From positions 122,315-186,314 of the forward strand of contig JAZKYL010000113.1 of assembly GCA_045612105.1 (NCBI GenBank): a DNA stretch of 64,000 nt. Direction: 5' to 3'. The notes beneath the pieces are model-generated. The model saw only the letters and a program-made list of their open reading frames with translations, ran no database searches and had not been told where the DNA came from. Positions 18,625 to 28,800 of the stretch are shown one piece after another. The stretch is from Eubacteriales bacterium (GTDB taxonomy: Bacteria > Bacillota > Clostridia > Oscillospirales > CAG-272). Every line of letters begins with the position of its first letter. Positions within the stretch are counted from its first letter, which is position 1. The position numbers and the translations under genes were made by a program.

Positions 18625-20345
18625 TATTTGACAAGCTGTCTCTTGATCTTCTTTGTAGTCGTCTTTTCAAACTCGGTCTTTCTGATCTCAACAGCCTTGA
18701 TCTGCTTGTACGTAGGAAGCTTCTTGTTTGTCGCGTTGATGGCTTTTCTGACTGTTTCCTTGATAGTCTCTTCATCAGCGTCCTTGGGGAACTTGGTATA
18801 ATCGGGGTAAACAACCGCCGTGAGAACGATCTCATCACTATCATCGCTCTTGCGTCCGATAACACAGCACTCACTGATAGTCTCAATCGTGTCAAGATAT
18901 TCCTCGATCTCCTCGGGGAATACGTTTTTACCGTTTTCAAGAACGATAACGAACTTAATTCTACCGGTAATGTAAATATATCCGTCGCAATCAAGGTATC
19001 CGATGTCACCGGTACGGAACCAACCATCGTTGGTAAAGGCATCGGCATTTGCATCGGGGTTGTTATAATAACCGATCATTACGTTGTCACCCTTGACCTG
19101 AACCTCGCCCATAGGATATCCCTCGGGAGTTTCCTCACCGTTAGGAGCGATTCTAACGCGACAGCAGGGAACGTTGGGACCTATAGCTCCAAGCTTTCTT
19201 GCATAATAGGGAGTTACCGAAACGAGAGGTGAGCACTCGGTGATACCGAAGCCCTCAAATACAGAGATTCCGAACTCTTCAAAAGCAACGATAAGGTCGG
19301 GATTAAGCTTTGCTCCGCCGCAGATGATATGGTCAAGATTACCGCCAAAAGCATCAAGAACCGACTTGAAAAGGGTTCTTCTCATATCGATGCCAACCTT
19401 CATCATAGCTCTTGAAGCTTTAAGAGCAGTTTTCAGCATCTTGGCTCTGCCGGTTCTCTCAGCCTCGGACCAGATCCTCTTATACATCGTGTTAAGGAAC
19501 ATAGGAACGAGAACCAATCCTGTGGGCTTGAAGAGCTGGAAGTTCTTCATTACGTGACGGAGAGAGTCGTTGATGCAGGTGGTCATACCGTAAGCAAGCT
19601 CTGCGAGCAGACACATAAGCTCGTAAGTATGGTGAACGGGAAGAACCGACACAAGAACGTCGTCAGAGGTGAAGCAAACGGTGTCAATTGCGGCACTTAC
19701 TGCGGAAAAAATATTCTTCTGTGAGAGCATTACGCACTTACTGGTGCCTGTAGTACCCGAAGTAAAGAGCATCTCACACATCTCATCACGGTTCTTTACC
19801 ATACCAATGGTATAGCCCTCGTCAAGATTAGCCTGACCGATCTCCAAGAACTCCGCAAAGGGAAGTACCTTGTCGGAGAAGGAAGAATCGTAATCAGCAC
19901 TGATAGGAATAAAGCGCTTGAGTGTGTGGTGTGAGCCGATGGTTGTAACGAATTTTTCGTTAAAGGACTTGGAATAAACAATAGCCTCTGCCTCAACCAT
20001 CTCGAGGAACTTTTCGATCTCGGGAAGCGCAAGCTCCTTATCCATGGGAATAATGATAGTACCCGAAGCGAGAGCACCCATATAGGTACAGATCCACTGG
20101 GGGGAGGTGTCTCCAATAACCGCAACTCTCTTGCCAACGAGCCCCAGTTTCTGGAATGCCGCCGCTACCTGATGTACCATAGCGTACACCTCTTGATAGT
20201 TCATTTCCTTAAGCTTGCCCTGCTCAAAATACTTATAGCAGGTCTTGTCTCCATGTGACTTGATACAATCAAGAAGGTCATTGATATCCCAGATATGGGG
20301 AAGGTTTCTAATCATTCTTTTTCTGTTGGGTATTTTTGTACTCAT
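18624..20345 (-). CDS. AMP-dependent synthetase / long-chain acyl-CoA ligase
   Basis: TSGTTGTSK AMP-binding motif and GWFRTGD motif. Start set at the ATG at 20345 (AAAGGA SD), because the track start overlaps the MarR gene. Confidence 0.85.
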   Translation of the reverse strand: MSTKIPNRKRMIRNLPHIWDINDLLDCIKSHGDKTCYKYFEQGKLKEMNYQEVYAMVHQVAAAFQKLGLVGKRVAVIGDTSPQWICTYMGALASGTIIIPMDKELALPEIEKFLEMVEAEAIVYSKSFNEKFVTTIGSHHTLKRFIPISADYDSSFSDKVLPFAEFLEIGQANLDEGYTIGMVKNRDEMCEMLFTSGTTGTSKCVMLSQKNIFSAVSAAIDTVCFTSDDVLVSVLPVHHTYELMCLLAELAYGMTTCINDSLRHVMKNFQLFKPTGLVLVPMFLNTMYKRIWSEAERTGRAKMLKTALKASRAMMKVGIDMRRTLFKSVLDAFGGNLDHIICGGAKLNPDLIVAFEEFGISVFEGFGITECSPLVSVTPYYARKLGAIGPNVPCCRVRIAPNGEETPEGYPMGEVQVKGDNVMIGYYNNPDANADAFTNDGWFRTGDIGYLDCDGYIYITGRIKFVIVLENGKNVFPEEIEEYLDTIETISECCVIGRKSDDSDEIVLTAVVYPDYTKFPKDADEETIKETVRKAINATNKKLPTYKQIKAVEIRKTEFEKTTTKKIKRQLVK

Positions 20346-20371
20346 ACTTAAAATATCCTTTCTGCCGTTTA

Positions 20372-20821
20372 TTATTGAACGTCCTTCGACTTTTTGTTTA
20401 CCGTTTCGTTGATCGTGAGCATTACTCGCCAAAAGCATTTCATCTCATACTCACTAATCTTGCCGCTGACATCGGAAAAATACTTTTCGATCAAGGCTTT
20501 GGTTTCCTTTATTACTTCCTTGCCTTTTTCGGTAAGAATGTATTTGTTTCTGTATTTTCGTCCGTCATTGAATTTCTGATTGGTCTGGATAAAACCGCCC
20601 TTTATCAGGTCTGCGGTGGTTCGGGAAACAAATGCTTTATCAACACCACAATCCTTTGAAATTTCAGTAGGGGTAAGACCGTCCGCCGATAGATCTATAT
20701 GCATCATACAGTCAAAATGCGAGGAGCGTATTCCAAACTCTGAAATCTTGATATTCTTAACCTTGTTGATACATTTATTGATGTTATCGAGGGAAACTGC
20801 AAGTACAGAAAAATTCTCCAT
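20372..20821 (-). CDS. MarR-family transcriptional regulator
   Basis: Winged-HTH pattern (LTPTEISKDCGVDKAFVSRTTADLIKGGFI…) at typical MarR size. Confidence 0.85.
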   Translation of the reverse strand: MENFSVLAVSLDNINKCINKVKNIKISEFGIRSSHFDCMMHIDLSADGLTPTEISKDCGVDKAFVSRTTADLIKGGFIQTNQKFNDGRKYRNKYILTEKGKEVIKETKALIEKYFSDVSGKISEYEMKCFWRVMLTINETVNKKSKDVQ

Positions 20822-20878
20822 AGATAAACCTGAACCATCCTTTCAAGTATCGTTGGCACATAAATATGCATTATATAT

Positions 20879-20907
20879 AGTATACAGTAAATTGCAGACT
20901 TTGTCAA
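20879..20907 (-). promoter_or_regulatory. sigma-A promoter (TTGACA-17-TATACT) for the marR/acyl-CoA ligase operon
   Basis: Read on the minus strand. Confidence 0.55.
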
Positions 20908-20970
20908 CAAATCAACTTCTCTTTAACAGTTTATTTACAACTATTAATTATATAATTATTTTGCAGATTC

Positions 20971-20999
20971 TTGACAAACGGTGTTGAATGTGGTATATT
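20971..20999 (+). promoter_or_regulatory. sigma-A promoter (TTGACA-17-TATATT, TG-extended)
   Basis: Read directly, upstream of the 21043 gene. Confidence 0.55.
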
Positions 21000-21042
21000 T
21001 TTCATTGTAAAGAAAAGATTTTCAATTAACGGAGGTAACGTT

Positions 21043-22233
21043 ATGGAAAAAGTAAGAACAGCCGTTATCGGTCTTGGACAGAGAGGAAGCTCGCTTATCA
21101 GTCATCTGTTTTTAGGTATGAACAACTGCGAGATAGTCGCCGTTTGCGATCTCTATCAAGACAGAGTCGACGCTATGGTCGAAAAGGTCAAGAAAGAAAA
21201 GGGAACTGAAATCTTCGGAACCACTGATTATAAAGAAATAATCGCTAATAAGGATAAAATTGATGCCGTTTTGGTTATGACGAGCTGGGAAAGTCACGTC
21301 AAGATCGCTTGCGAGACTATGGAGGCTGGAATTCCCACGGGTCTTGAGGTCGGCGGTGCGTACGATATTGAAGAATGCTTTGATCTGGTAAAAACGCAGG
21401 TAAGAACCAAGACTCCCTTTATGTTCCTTGAAAACTGCTGCTACGGCAGATTTGAGATGATGGCGATGAACATAGTCAAGCAGGGACTTTTCGGAGAGAT
21501 AGTTCACTGTGAGGGCGGTTATCAGCACGATCTTCGCACAGAGATACTTCGCGGTGAGGAGATCCGCCATTACAGACTCGAAAACTACATCAAGAGAAAC
21601 TGTGAGAACTATCCCACACACGAGTTAGGTCCCATAGCGCAGATACTTAATATCAACCGCGGCAACCGTATGCTTTATCTGACATCGATGTCCTCAAAGT
21701 CGGTGGGTCTCAACGATTACGCAAGACTTCATCCCGATACCATTCAGGATAAATTCCAGACGCAAAAATTCAACCAGGGCGACGTTGTTACCACCAACAT
21801 TAAGTGCGCAGGCGGCGAGACTATCACTCTTATTCTCGACACCTGCTGCGGCCGTCCCTACAGCCGTAATTTCACCATTCACGGTACAAGAGGACTTTAC
21901 CGCGAGGACGGCAACTACGTCTATCTCGACTCGGATTTCGATGAATCTACCCATTGGCATTGGGAAAAGCATTACAAGAATGCCCACGAATACACCGCAA
22001 AGTACGAGCATCCCGTATGGCAGAAGTTCCTTGCGGACGGCGTGCGCGGAGGGCATGGCGGTATGGACTATCTTGTTTATAACGAGTTTTTCAACTACGT
22101 AATTAACGGTGGAGAGTCACCTATCGACGTCTACGACGCGGCGGCTTGGATGTGCATAACTCCTCTCTCGGAAATTTCTATAAGAGAGGGCAGCAAACCT
22201 GTAGAAATACCCGATTTCACAACTATTAAATGA
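21043..22233 (+). CDS. Gfo/Idh/MocA-family oxidoreductase (GH109-like, tentative)
   Basis: VIGLGQRGS Rossmann motif, and a YPTHELGP motif reminiscent of NAD-dependent GH109 glycosidases. GGAGGT SD precedes the ATG at 21043. Confidence 0.75.
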   Translation: MEKVRTAVIGLGQRGSSLISHLFLGMNNCEIVAVCDLYQDRVDAMVEKVKKEKGTEIFGTTDYKEIIANKDKIDAVLVMTSWESHVKIACETMEAGIPTGLEVGGAYDIEECFDLVKTQVRTKTPFMFLENCCYGRFEMMAMNIVKQGLFGEIVHCEGGYQHDLRTEILRGEEIRHYRLENYIKRNCENYPTHELGPIAQILNINRGNRMLYLTSMSSKSVGLNDYARLHPDTIQDKFQTQKFNQGDVVTTNIKCAGGETITLILDTCCGRPYSRNFTIHGTRGLYREDGNYVYLDSDFDESTHWHWEKHYKNAHEYTAKYEHPVWQKFLADGVRGGHGGMDYLVYNEFFNYVINGGESPIDVYDAAAWMCITPLSEISIREGSKPVEIPDFTTIK

Positions 22234-23033
22234 TCGATTTGGAGAATTTTATGGAAAACATACTCAATAAAAAAGGCTTTATCTGCGATATGGACGGCGT
22301 TATCTATCACGGAAGCAAAATTCTCGATGGAGTTGCCGATTTCGTGAATTGGATGATAGAAAACGACAAAAAGTTTGTATTTTTGACCAACAGTCCCGAG
22401 AGAACACCTCACGAGCTGAGCATGAAGCTTGAGAGAATGGGACTTTCGGTATCAGCCAACCATTTTTATACCAGTGCTATGGCGACGGCGGAATTTTTGC
22501 ACTCCCAGGCACCCGGATGCACCGCGTACGTTATCGGCGAGGCGGCACTCTCCAAGGCACTTTACGACCATAAGATATATATGAACGACGTTGATCCCGA
22601 TTACGTTGTCATCGGTGAGACAAGAACTTACTCTTTTGAGAAGATAGAGAAGGCGATCGCCCTTATAAATAAAGGTGCAAAGCTGATCGGTGCAAATCCC
22701 GACCCCATCGGTGTAACCACAAACGGAATCATGCCCGCAACAGGCTCTCTCGTCGCTCCCATTGAGATCGCAACCGGCAAAAAGGCATATTTTGTCGGCA
22801 AGCCTAATCCTCTTATGCTTCGTCACGGTCTACGCATCCTCGGTTGCCACAGTGCCGACATAGCTTTCATCGGCGACAGAATGGATACCGACATTATCGC
22901 GGGAATTGAGTCCAACGTTGATACTGTCCTCGTTCTCTCGGGCGTTACCAAGAGGGAAGATATCGATAAGTTCCCCTACCGCCCCAAGTACGTATTGAAC
23001 GGTGTGGGAGATATCGTTAAAAGCGTGAAATAA
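22230..23033 (+). CDS. HAD superfamily IIA (NagD-like) sugar phosphatase
   Basis: FICDMDGVIYHG motif and FIGDRMDTDI motif; ATGA start/stop overlap with the upstream gene. Confidence 0.8.
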   Translation: MIDLENFMENILNKKGFICDMDGVIYHGSKILDGVADFVNWMIENDKKFVFLTNSPERTPHELSMKLERMGLSVSANHFYTSAMATAEFLHSQAPGCTAYVIGEAALSKALYDHKIYMNDVDPDYVVIGETRTYSFEKIEKAIALINKGAKLIGANPDPIGVTTNGIMPATGSLVAPIEIATGKKAYFVGKPNPLMLRHGLRILGCHSADIAFIGDRMDTDIIAGIESNVDTVLVLSGVTKREDIDKFPYRPKYVLNGVGDIVKSVK

Positions 23034-23040
23034 TAATGAA

Positions 23041-23079
23041 TACGGATACTCAAGGACTTTCCGAGAGTATCCGTTTTAA
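23041..23079. terminator. bidirectional terminator
   Basis: ACGGATACTC-n13-GAGTATCCGTTTT. Confidence 0.75.
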
Positions 23080-24849
23080 TTATTTCTTCCTCATCCTCTT
23101 GATCTTTTCCTCGTCGGGGGTGACCGTTGCCGACCAATTATTATGATAGATCACAAATCCAGGCTTTGCGCTCGGAACCTTTTTGACACCGCGAGCGAAA
23201 AGGTAGTCGACCTCAACGCTTGAAGTACTCTTTGCCTTGGAATAATATGCCGCGATCTCGCAAGCGTCGGTAAAATCCTCGGCGGGGGGCTCTTCACCGT
23301 TTGTGATAAGCAGAACGTGAGATCCTGCCATATTCTTTGCGTGGAACCAGTAATCGTGACGCTCGGCTAATTTGTGTGTAATGTACTCGTTCTGATAGTT
23401 GTTCTTGCCGCAAAGCACACGGTAGCCGTTGGTAGTCACAAATTCGGCTATAACAGGAGCAGGTTGCTTCTTAGAGGCGGCATAACCCTTCATTTTTGAA
23501 GCGTATCCGCTTCTGTAAAGCTCGTCGCGTATCTCGGTAAGGTCGGCGGTTGTTTCGGCCTTGGTAAGCGCGTCAAATACCGAATAGATATATTCAAGCT
23601 CGGCGCGTGCTATCTCAAGCTGCTTGGCAAGCTCGACCTTTGCGGTCTTGCTCTTGTTGTATAGCTTATAGTATCTCTGCGCGTTGGCGGCAGGGGAGAG
23701 ACGCTCGTCAAGCTCAATAACGGTGGTGTCGAAATCCTGCTTTTCTTCGTTCCAGCTCTCGTAATCGATAACCTCCACCGACTTGTCGCCGCGCTTCAGC
23801 TTATAAAGATTTGCCGTGATCAGATCACCGTAAGCCTTATATTTTTCGCCTTTTTCGCAATCGGCAAGCTCACTCTCCTGCGCCTCTATCTTCTTGGTAA
23901 GTCTCGTTTCGGCATTAGTAAGCAAACGGAGAATATCAGCAGCCCTCTGTTTGACTCTGATCTCTCTGTCTCGGCTTGCGAAATAGATATCCAGGGCATC
24001 GGAAGGACTTTCAAAGCTCTTATATTCAAAATTTTGTCCGTAATATCCAAGTCGGATAAAGGAATACTCTATCGGAGTACCGTTTTCAAGAATGACAGTA
24101 GGTTCAAATGCGCCGTTTGCCATATCCTCAAAGACCTTGGTAATTTCATAGTAAAGCTTATCGCATTTCACTTCAAAAAGTGCCGCGTCGAATCTTCCGC
24201 AAGCTCTTGCGACAATCTCACGCGCTACGCTTGTGGCGATTCCGAGATAGGTTGAGGTTATGAACTTATCCGCGCTCTTTTCCTGCGGAAATTCATCAAA
24301 ATGGGCAGAGAATTGCTCATAATCGGTCTTGTTTGGGTCAAGCTTATCCTGGGCGGGGGGAAGCTCATAGGTCATACCCGGTAAAACCTGACGGAGACTG
24401 CTGGTGGTAAAATCCACGGTTTTGAGTGAGGCTATAACCTTCATTTTTTCGTCGCAGAAGATAAGATTTGAATATTTGCCCATAACCTCGGCAACGAGAT
24501 ATTTCTTGCACTCAAATCCCATTTCGTCGCGTGTATCAAAGGTCAATTTTACGACTCTTTCAAATCCCGCCTGCTCGATATCGGAGAGACAAGCTCCCGT
24601 CAGATGCTTGCGGAGAAGCATGCAGAACATCGGCGCCTGCATCGGGTTCTCTCTAGGTACCGCCGTAAAGCCTATTCTCGGACAGTTTGACCCCGCATTG
24701 ATAAGCAGACGCTTGCCACCCGCAAGGGTTCTCATCTGCAAGATTATCTCGTCTCGCTCGGGTTGATATATTTTTTCGATTCTGCCGCCCTGTGCCACAC
24801 CTTTAAGCTCGTGTATGACACACCTGAGCATACCTGCGTCAAATGCCAT
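23080..24849 (-). CDS. rqcH: NFACT/FbpA-family ribosome quality-control protein
   Basis: 589 aa. N-terminal NFACT-N pattern (MAFDAGMLRCV…RIEKIYQPERDEI), a coiled-coil middle region and a C-terminal NFACT-R region. Confidence 0.85.
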   Translation of the reverse strand: MAFDAGMLRCVIHELKGVAQGGRIEKIYQPERDEIILQMRTLAGGKRLLINAGSNCPRIGFTAVPRENPMQAPMFCMLLRKHLTGACLSDIEQAGFERVVKLTFDTRDEMGFECKKYLVAEVMGKYSNLIFCDEKMKVIASLKTVDFTTSSLRQVLPGMTYELPPAQDKLDPNKTDYEQFSAHFDEFPQEKSADKFITSTYLGIATSVAREIVARACGRFDAALFEVKCDKLYYEITKVFEDMANGAFEPTVILENGTPIEYSFIRLGYYGQNFEYKSFESPSDALDIYFASRDREIRVKQRAADILRLLTNAETRLTKKIEAQESELADCEKGEKYKAYGDLITANLYKLKRGDKSVEVIDYESWNEEKQDFDTTVIELDERLSPAANAQRYYKLYNKSKTAKVELAKQLEIARAELEYIYSVFDALTKAETTADLTEIRDELYRSGYASKMKGYAASKKQPAPVIAEFVTTNGYRVLCGKNNYQNEYITHKLAERHDYWFHAKNMAGSHVLLITNGEEPPAEDFTDACEIAAYYSKAKSTSSVEVDYLFARGVKKVPSAKPGFVIYHNNWSATVTPDEEKIKRMRKK

Positions 24850-24996
24850 TTTTTAATATAACCTCGTAAAATTACAAATTGTTAAATAATATTATAACAC
24901 GCTCTTGCTTTTTTTGCAAGATAGTGTTATAATAAATTTATAAAATAATGAAAACTACCCTAAAAGTGGAGTTTTTTCCACGGAAAGGCAGAAATA

Positions 24997-25857
24997 ATGA
25001 CTAATTCTACGAAAAAGACTCAAAACGTAATAGGAATAGACGTCGGCGGCAGCACTACCAAGATCGTTGGATTCAAAATGGGAGAGAGTGGCGAAAATAC
25101 GCTCATATCGCCCTTTCTCGTTCGCGCAACCGACCCCTTGACCTCAATATACGGCGCGTTCGGTAAATTCACTGCCGAAAATAACCTTTCTCTTGAAGAT
25201 ATTGACCGAATCATGGTAACGGGAGTGGGTGCTACACATATGCAGAAACCCATTTACTCTCTGAATTGCCACACCGTCCCCGAGTTTTCGGCGGCGGCTC
25301 TCGGCGGCCTCTATTTGTCGGGACTTGACGAGGCAATTATCGTCAGCATGGGCACCGGTACGGCTCTTATCCATGCCAAAAAAGAGGGAAATAAGACCAA
25401 GATCAATTACCTTGGCGGTACAGGCGTGGGCGGCGGTACGCTCCTCGGCCTTACCAAGAAAATGACGGGAATCGACACCATCGAGCATATCGAAGAAATA
25501 TGTAAGGACGGCGACCTTCATAACGTCAATTTGCTGGTTGGAGACATCTCCAAAAACGCGAAATTCACGGGCGTTAACGAAAACCTTACAGCATCCAACT
25601 TCGGCAAGGTCTCGGATATGGCGACCAACAGTGATATTGCTCTCGGAGTTGCAAATATGGTTGCCGAAACTATCGCTATGATGTCGGTGTTTACCGCGAG
25701 AGGTCACGGAATCAAAAACGTCGTGCTTATCGGAAACCTCACAACTATCAAACCCGTCCGCGACGTCTTCGCAGACCTTGACTCCTTCGGTATCAACTTT
25801 ATCATACCCGAAAACGCAAGCTTCGGTACAGTTGTCGGCGCGGCACTGTATGGATAA
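24997..25857 (+). CDS. coaW: type II pantothenate kinase
   Basis: Aligns by eye with staphylococcal CoaW motifs: GIDVGGSTTKIV, MGTGTA, GGTGVGGGTLLGL, LTASNFG and FGTVVGAALY. Confidence 0.75.
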   Translation: MTNSTKKTQNVIGIDVGGSTTKIVGFKMGESGENTLISPFLVRATDPLTSIYGAFGKFTAENNLSLEDIDRIMVTGVGATHMQKPIYSLNCHTVPEFSAAALGGLYLSGLDEAIIVSMGTGTALIHAKKEGNKTKINYLGGTGVGGGTLLGLTKKMTGIDTIEHIEEICKDGDLHNVNLLVGDISKNAKFTGVNENLTASNFGKVSDMATNSDIALGVANMVAETIAMMSVFTARGHGIKNVVLIGNLTTIKPVRDVFADLDSFGINFIIPENASFGTVVGAALYG

Positions 25858-25872
25858 TAAGGAGAAAAGCAT

Positions 25873-28800
25873 ATGAAAACATCAGTTGTTTCAAAATTAG
25901 CGTTTATATTGGCACTCATACTTTGTGTGTCAAGCCTTCAGGCGTGTGATTTGACTTCTTTGGTTGAAGGTACAGAAAACAATAGCGACGAAACCTTAGG
26001 ATCAACTTCTAATATCGAATTTGCAACTAACTCAAACGGTGTTGATTTAACCGAGGAGTCTACCGAGTCATTTGTTGAAGATCAAACCGAGACAGAGAAT
26101 GTTTTTCTCAACGATCTAACATTTTACCTTCTCGGTAACAAAGAGTTATATGAGGTTGGTATAAAAGAAAGAAATAACGGCAAGGATAACAGAATCGAAG
26201 TGCTGAATATTCCCGCAACGTTTAACGGGAAGCCCGTTGTTCAAATAAAAAACTCAGGATTTAAAAACTTACACAGTCTCACCGACGTAACGCTCCCGGA
26301 GGGTATTATTAAGATCGGTTCGGAGGCTTTTTCGGGGTGTAAATCGCTGAAAAAGGTAATAATCCCGTCAACCGTTACAAATATAGATAAGTCGGCATTT
26401 AAGAACTGTACCGATCTTGAAGAAATAAGATACAACGGCACAATCGAGGACTGGAACGGCATTCAATTCGGCAAGGATTGGGATCACAAGGTAGAATGTT
26501 ACATATACTGCACCGACGGAATAATCAATCCTAACAACGAAATAGAAACCTATCCCTCTGAAACCTCCTCTGAGACGTCCGCTGAAACGTCCACCGAATT
26601 ACTTACAAAAGAATCCACGGAGGAAACAACTATCAGCGAGGAAGAGACCTCGGTAATTGGCGAGACGACGACTATAGAAGATCTGACAACGGAAGAACTA
26701 ACAACGGAAGAACTGACAACGGAAGAGCTGACAACAGACGAAAGCGATACTAATGAAGAGTCGACAACCGAGCCCCATACCCATAGTTTCGGTGATTGGG
26801 AAATAATAAAGAATGCAGACTGCACCAACATCGGCGAGCAGAAACGCGCCTGCGCTTGTGGAGAAGTCGAAACTCAGAATATCGATCCTGTCGGTCATAC
26901 AGAAGTAACCGATGATGCTGTTGCGCCCACTTGTACCGAAACAGGACTTACAGAAGGCAAGCACTGCTCGGTTTGTGGCGAGGTTCTTGTTGAACAAGAG
27001 ATTGTTGACGCGCTTGGTCATACTGCGGGGGCAAATGCTACTTGTACAACTACACAGAATTGTACAGTTTGCGGTGAAGTATTGAATCCCGCGCTTGGAC
27101 ATACAGAAGTAACCGATGAAGCGGTTGCGCCCACTTGTACTGATACGGGTCTTACCGAGGGTAAGCACTGTTCGGTTTGTGGTGAGGTTCTTGTTGATCA
27201 AAAGATCGTTGTCGCGCTTGGTCACACAGCCGGAGCTGATGCGACTTGTACAACAACACAGAATTGTACTGTTTGCGGAGAAGTGTTGAACCCCGCGCTT
27301 GGTCACACCGAAGTAACAGATGAAGCCGTTGCTCCCACTTGTACAGAAACCGGTTTGACAGATGGCAAACATTGTTCGGTTTGTGGCGAGGTACTTGTTG
27401 AACAAGATATCGTTGCCGCGCTTGGTCACACAGCCGGAGCTGATGCTACTTGTACAACAACACAGAATTGTACCGTATGTGGAGAAGTATTGAATCCTGC
27501 GCTGGGTCACACCGAAGTAATCGATAAAGCGGTTGATCCCACTTGTACCGAAACGGGACTTACAGAGGGCAAGCATTGTTCGGTTTGTAAAGAAATCCTC
27601 GTTGCTCAAGAGATTGTTTCGGCACTTGGACACACCGCCGGAGCTGATGCTACTTGTACATCTACACAAAATTGTACCATTTGCGGTGAAGTATTGAATC
27701 CTGTGCTGGGTCATACAGAAGTAACCGATGAAGCGGTTGATCCCACTTGTACAGAAACAGGACTTACAAAAGGCAAGCATTGTTCGGTTTGTGGCGAGGT
27801 ACTTGTTGAACAAGATATCGTTGCCGCGCTTGGTCACACAGCCGGAGCTGATGCTACCTGTACAACAACACAGAATTGTACCGTATGTGGAGAAGTATTG
27901 AACCCCGCGCTTGGACATACTGAAATAACCGATGAAGCGGCTGCGCCCACTTGTACTGAAACAGGTCTTACAGAAGGCAAGCATTGTTCGGTTTGTGGCG
28001 AGGTACTTGTTGAACAAGATATCGTTGCCGCGCTTGGTCACACAGCCGGAGCTGATGCTACTTGTACAACAACACAGAATTGTACCGTATGTGGAGAAGT
28101 ATTGAACCCCGCGCTTGGACATACTGAAATAACCGATGAAGCGGCTGCGCCCACTTGTACTGAAACAGGTCTTACAGAAGGCAAACATTGTTCGGTTTGT
28201 GGTGAAGTTCTTGTTGAACAAAAGATCGTTGCAGCGTTTGGACATACTCCGGGAGCTAATGCTACTTGCACAACTACACAAAATTGTACTGTTTGCGGTG
28301 AAATATTGAATCCCGCGCTTGGTCATACCGAAGTAACGGATGAAGCCGTTGCTCCTACTTGTACAGAAACTGGTTTGACAGATGGCAAACATTGTTCGGT
28401 TTGTGGCGAAACACTCGTTGCTCAGCAAATTATCGATGCGCTTGGACATACTGCGGGGGCAGAGGCTACTTGTACAACTACGCAGAATTGTACCGTCTGC
28501 GGTGAGGTTTTGAATCCCGCGCTTGGACATAGTGAGGTTATTGATGTTGCGGTGGCTTCTACTTGTACCAAGACCGGACTTACTGAGGGTAAGCATTGTT
28601 CGGTTTGTGGCGAAGTTCTTGTTGCGCAAGAAACTATCAACGCTCTTGGGCATATTGAAGTATCGCACGAATCAAAAGAACCTACTTGCACAGAGATCGG
28701 TTGGGATTCTTATGTGACCTGCGATAGGGAAGAGTGCGAATATTCAACCTATCTCGAAAAACCTGCTCTTGGACATAATTATGTAGATAAGATTTGCACA

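Noticed and set aside
26698-28668. 656-aa ORF on the minus strand across the Cys-repeat array
   Set aside because: It lies antisense to a strongly supported gene and is open only because the 204-bp repeat lacks stop codons in that frame. It has no SD, and its 'protein' is low-complexity repeat text.
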